This document shows positions 63,035-64,000 of a DNA stretch of 64,000 bases, piece by piece. The position numbers and the translations under genes are program-made. This DNA comes from Acidobacteriota bacterium. GTDB taxonomy: Bacteria > Acidobacteriota > CAIWXX01. The notes beneath the pieces were generated by a model. That model did no database searches. It saw only the letters and a list, made by a program, of their open reading frames with translations, and was not told the DNA's origin. Position 1 is the stretch's first letter. Every line of letters begins with the position of its first letter. The stretch spans positions 224,001 to 288,000 of the forward strand of contig JBFMAF010000037.1 of NCBI GenBank assembly GCA_040755995.1. The letters are read 5' to 3'.

Positions 63035-63451
63035 CTACTCGCCGATGATGTGCACGAGGACCTTCCGCTGATTGCGGCCCTCCCGATGCTCCCACACGTA
63101 GATCCCCTGCCAGGTGCCGAGCGACAGATTGGAGCCGACGATTGGGATCTGCTCGGAGGTCCGCGTCAACGCGGCCTTGACATGGGCCGGCATGTCGTCG
63201 TCGCCCTCTGAAACGTGCGTAAACAGCGGATCGCCGTCCGGCACCACCCGGGTTAGAAATGCTTCCAGGTCGCGCTGCACCGCCGGGTCGGCGTTCTCCT
63301 GGATGACGAGACTCGCCGACGTGTGCCTGATGAACACAGTACACAGCCCTTCGACGACACCCGACGCTCGCACCGCGTCCTGAACTCCACTGGTGATTTC
63401 TGTCAACCCACGGCGGGTGGGCACGCTCAAGATCCTGTGGATCTGTTTCAT
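63035..63451 (-). CDS. yjbQ: YjbQ/UPF0047 family protein
   Basis: HTSASL.IQEN.DP, EG.DDMPAH, LGTWQGIY..EH. Confidence 0.93.
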   Translation of the reverse strand: MKQIHRILSVPTRRGLTEITSGVQDAVRASGVVEGLCTVFIRHTSASLVIQENADPAVQRDLEAFLTRVVPDGDPLFTHVSEGDDDMPAHVKAALTRTSEQIPIVGSNLSLGTWQGIYVWEHREGRNQRKVLVHIIGE

Positions 63452-63530
63452 GGCAGGGCATTCTACCGTGCTCGCACCGGAAATGCACCACGTGCGATCG
63501 CCTCGGTGATACGCGAGCCGCCCACCCGGA

Positions 63531-63833
63531 CTACTCCTCCAGCTTCTCCTCCACCGACCTGACTTTCTCCTCCATGTCCACCACCTTGTCGCGGCGGTCG
63601 TCGATCTTGATGACGCAGCCCACGCGCGGAACTCCCATGGCGAAGAGCGCCTCGTGCATCTTCCGTATGATCTCGAAGCAGGCGGACAGGTCCCCCTGCA
63701 TGGTCGTGAACATCGGATCCAGCCGGTAGGTCACCCTGCCATCCTCCCTGATCACCTTTTCCGCGACCGCGACGTACTTCGACAGACTTGTTCCAACGCC
63801 GGTAGGCGTCACACTCACTGCGACAATGGCCAT
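63531..63833 (-). CDS. MTH1187 family thiamine-binding protein
   Basis: SLSKYVA, PM.T, H, RV...KIDDR.DK. Confidence 0.9.
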   Translation of the reverse strand: MAIVAVSVTPTGVGTSLSKYVAVAEKVIREDGRVTYRLDPMFTTMQGDLSACFEIIRKMHEALFAMGVPRVGCVIKIDDRRDKVVDMEEKVRSVEEKLEE

Positions 63834-63887
63834 CTCGACCTCCCTGGTACGCTCACATTCTATCGCGACATCTCGACAGCCGCCGAC

Positions 63888-63917
63888 TTGACCTCCGGCC
63901 CGGACTGCTCATAGAAT
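63888..63917 (+). promoter_or_regulatory. Sigma-70-type promoter for a transcript leaving the window
   Basis: TTGACC-N18-TAGAAT. Confidence 0.45.
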
Positions 63918-64000
63918 CAAGGGCCGTGGACAGTATCTCCTGATCTAGGGACAGTTTATGTTCTTGCCGATGGGCTCGCCGCTGAAAGGGGCCATAGAGT

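Noticed and set aside
63918..64000. Possible RNA gene or IS end after the terminal promoter (GGACAGT twice)
   Set aside because: No tRNA fold recognised and the sequence is cut off by the window edge.

Overview
GC-rich bacterial chromosomal window (lineage not determinable from sequence; gene content is compatible with Acidobacteriota or a similar group). No rRNA, tRNA, CRISPR array, transposase or integrase was recognised. Layout: (1) 1-6.3 kb, end of an alternative complex III operon running into an A2-type caa3-like cytochrome c oxidase operon, with an orphan UPF0175 gene inside it. (2) 6.4-20.6 kb, regulators, peptidases, transporters, a HicAB module and a LytS/LytTR pair. (3) 20.8-25.9 kb, a five-gene divergent chaperone-usher-like pilus cluster. 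(4) 26-31.2 kb, M48 peptidase, NmrA/TetR pair with visible operators, Phd-VapC module, M12B peptidase. (5) 31.8-61 kb, a dense signalling island of histidine kinases, response regulators, a GGDEF-EAL protein and a receptor-less kinase-CheR-CheB module. (6) serine hydrolase, YjbQ and MTH1187 genes. The most notable non-coding signal is a dispersed ~170 bp repeat family (4 full copies plus 1 half copy) bounded by CTAG-like tetramers, with a covarying 3' stem. One copy appears to have split the original start of an Nramp gene. Many 7/8-mer tandem arrays sit at gene junctions, some translated. All product calls come from motif recognition by eye; no database search was run.
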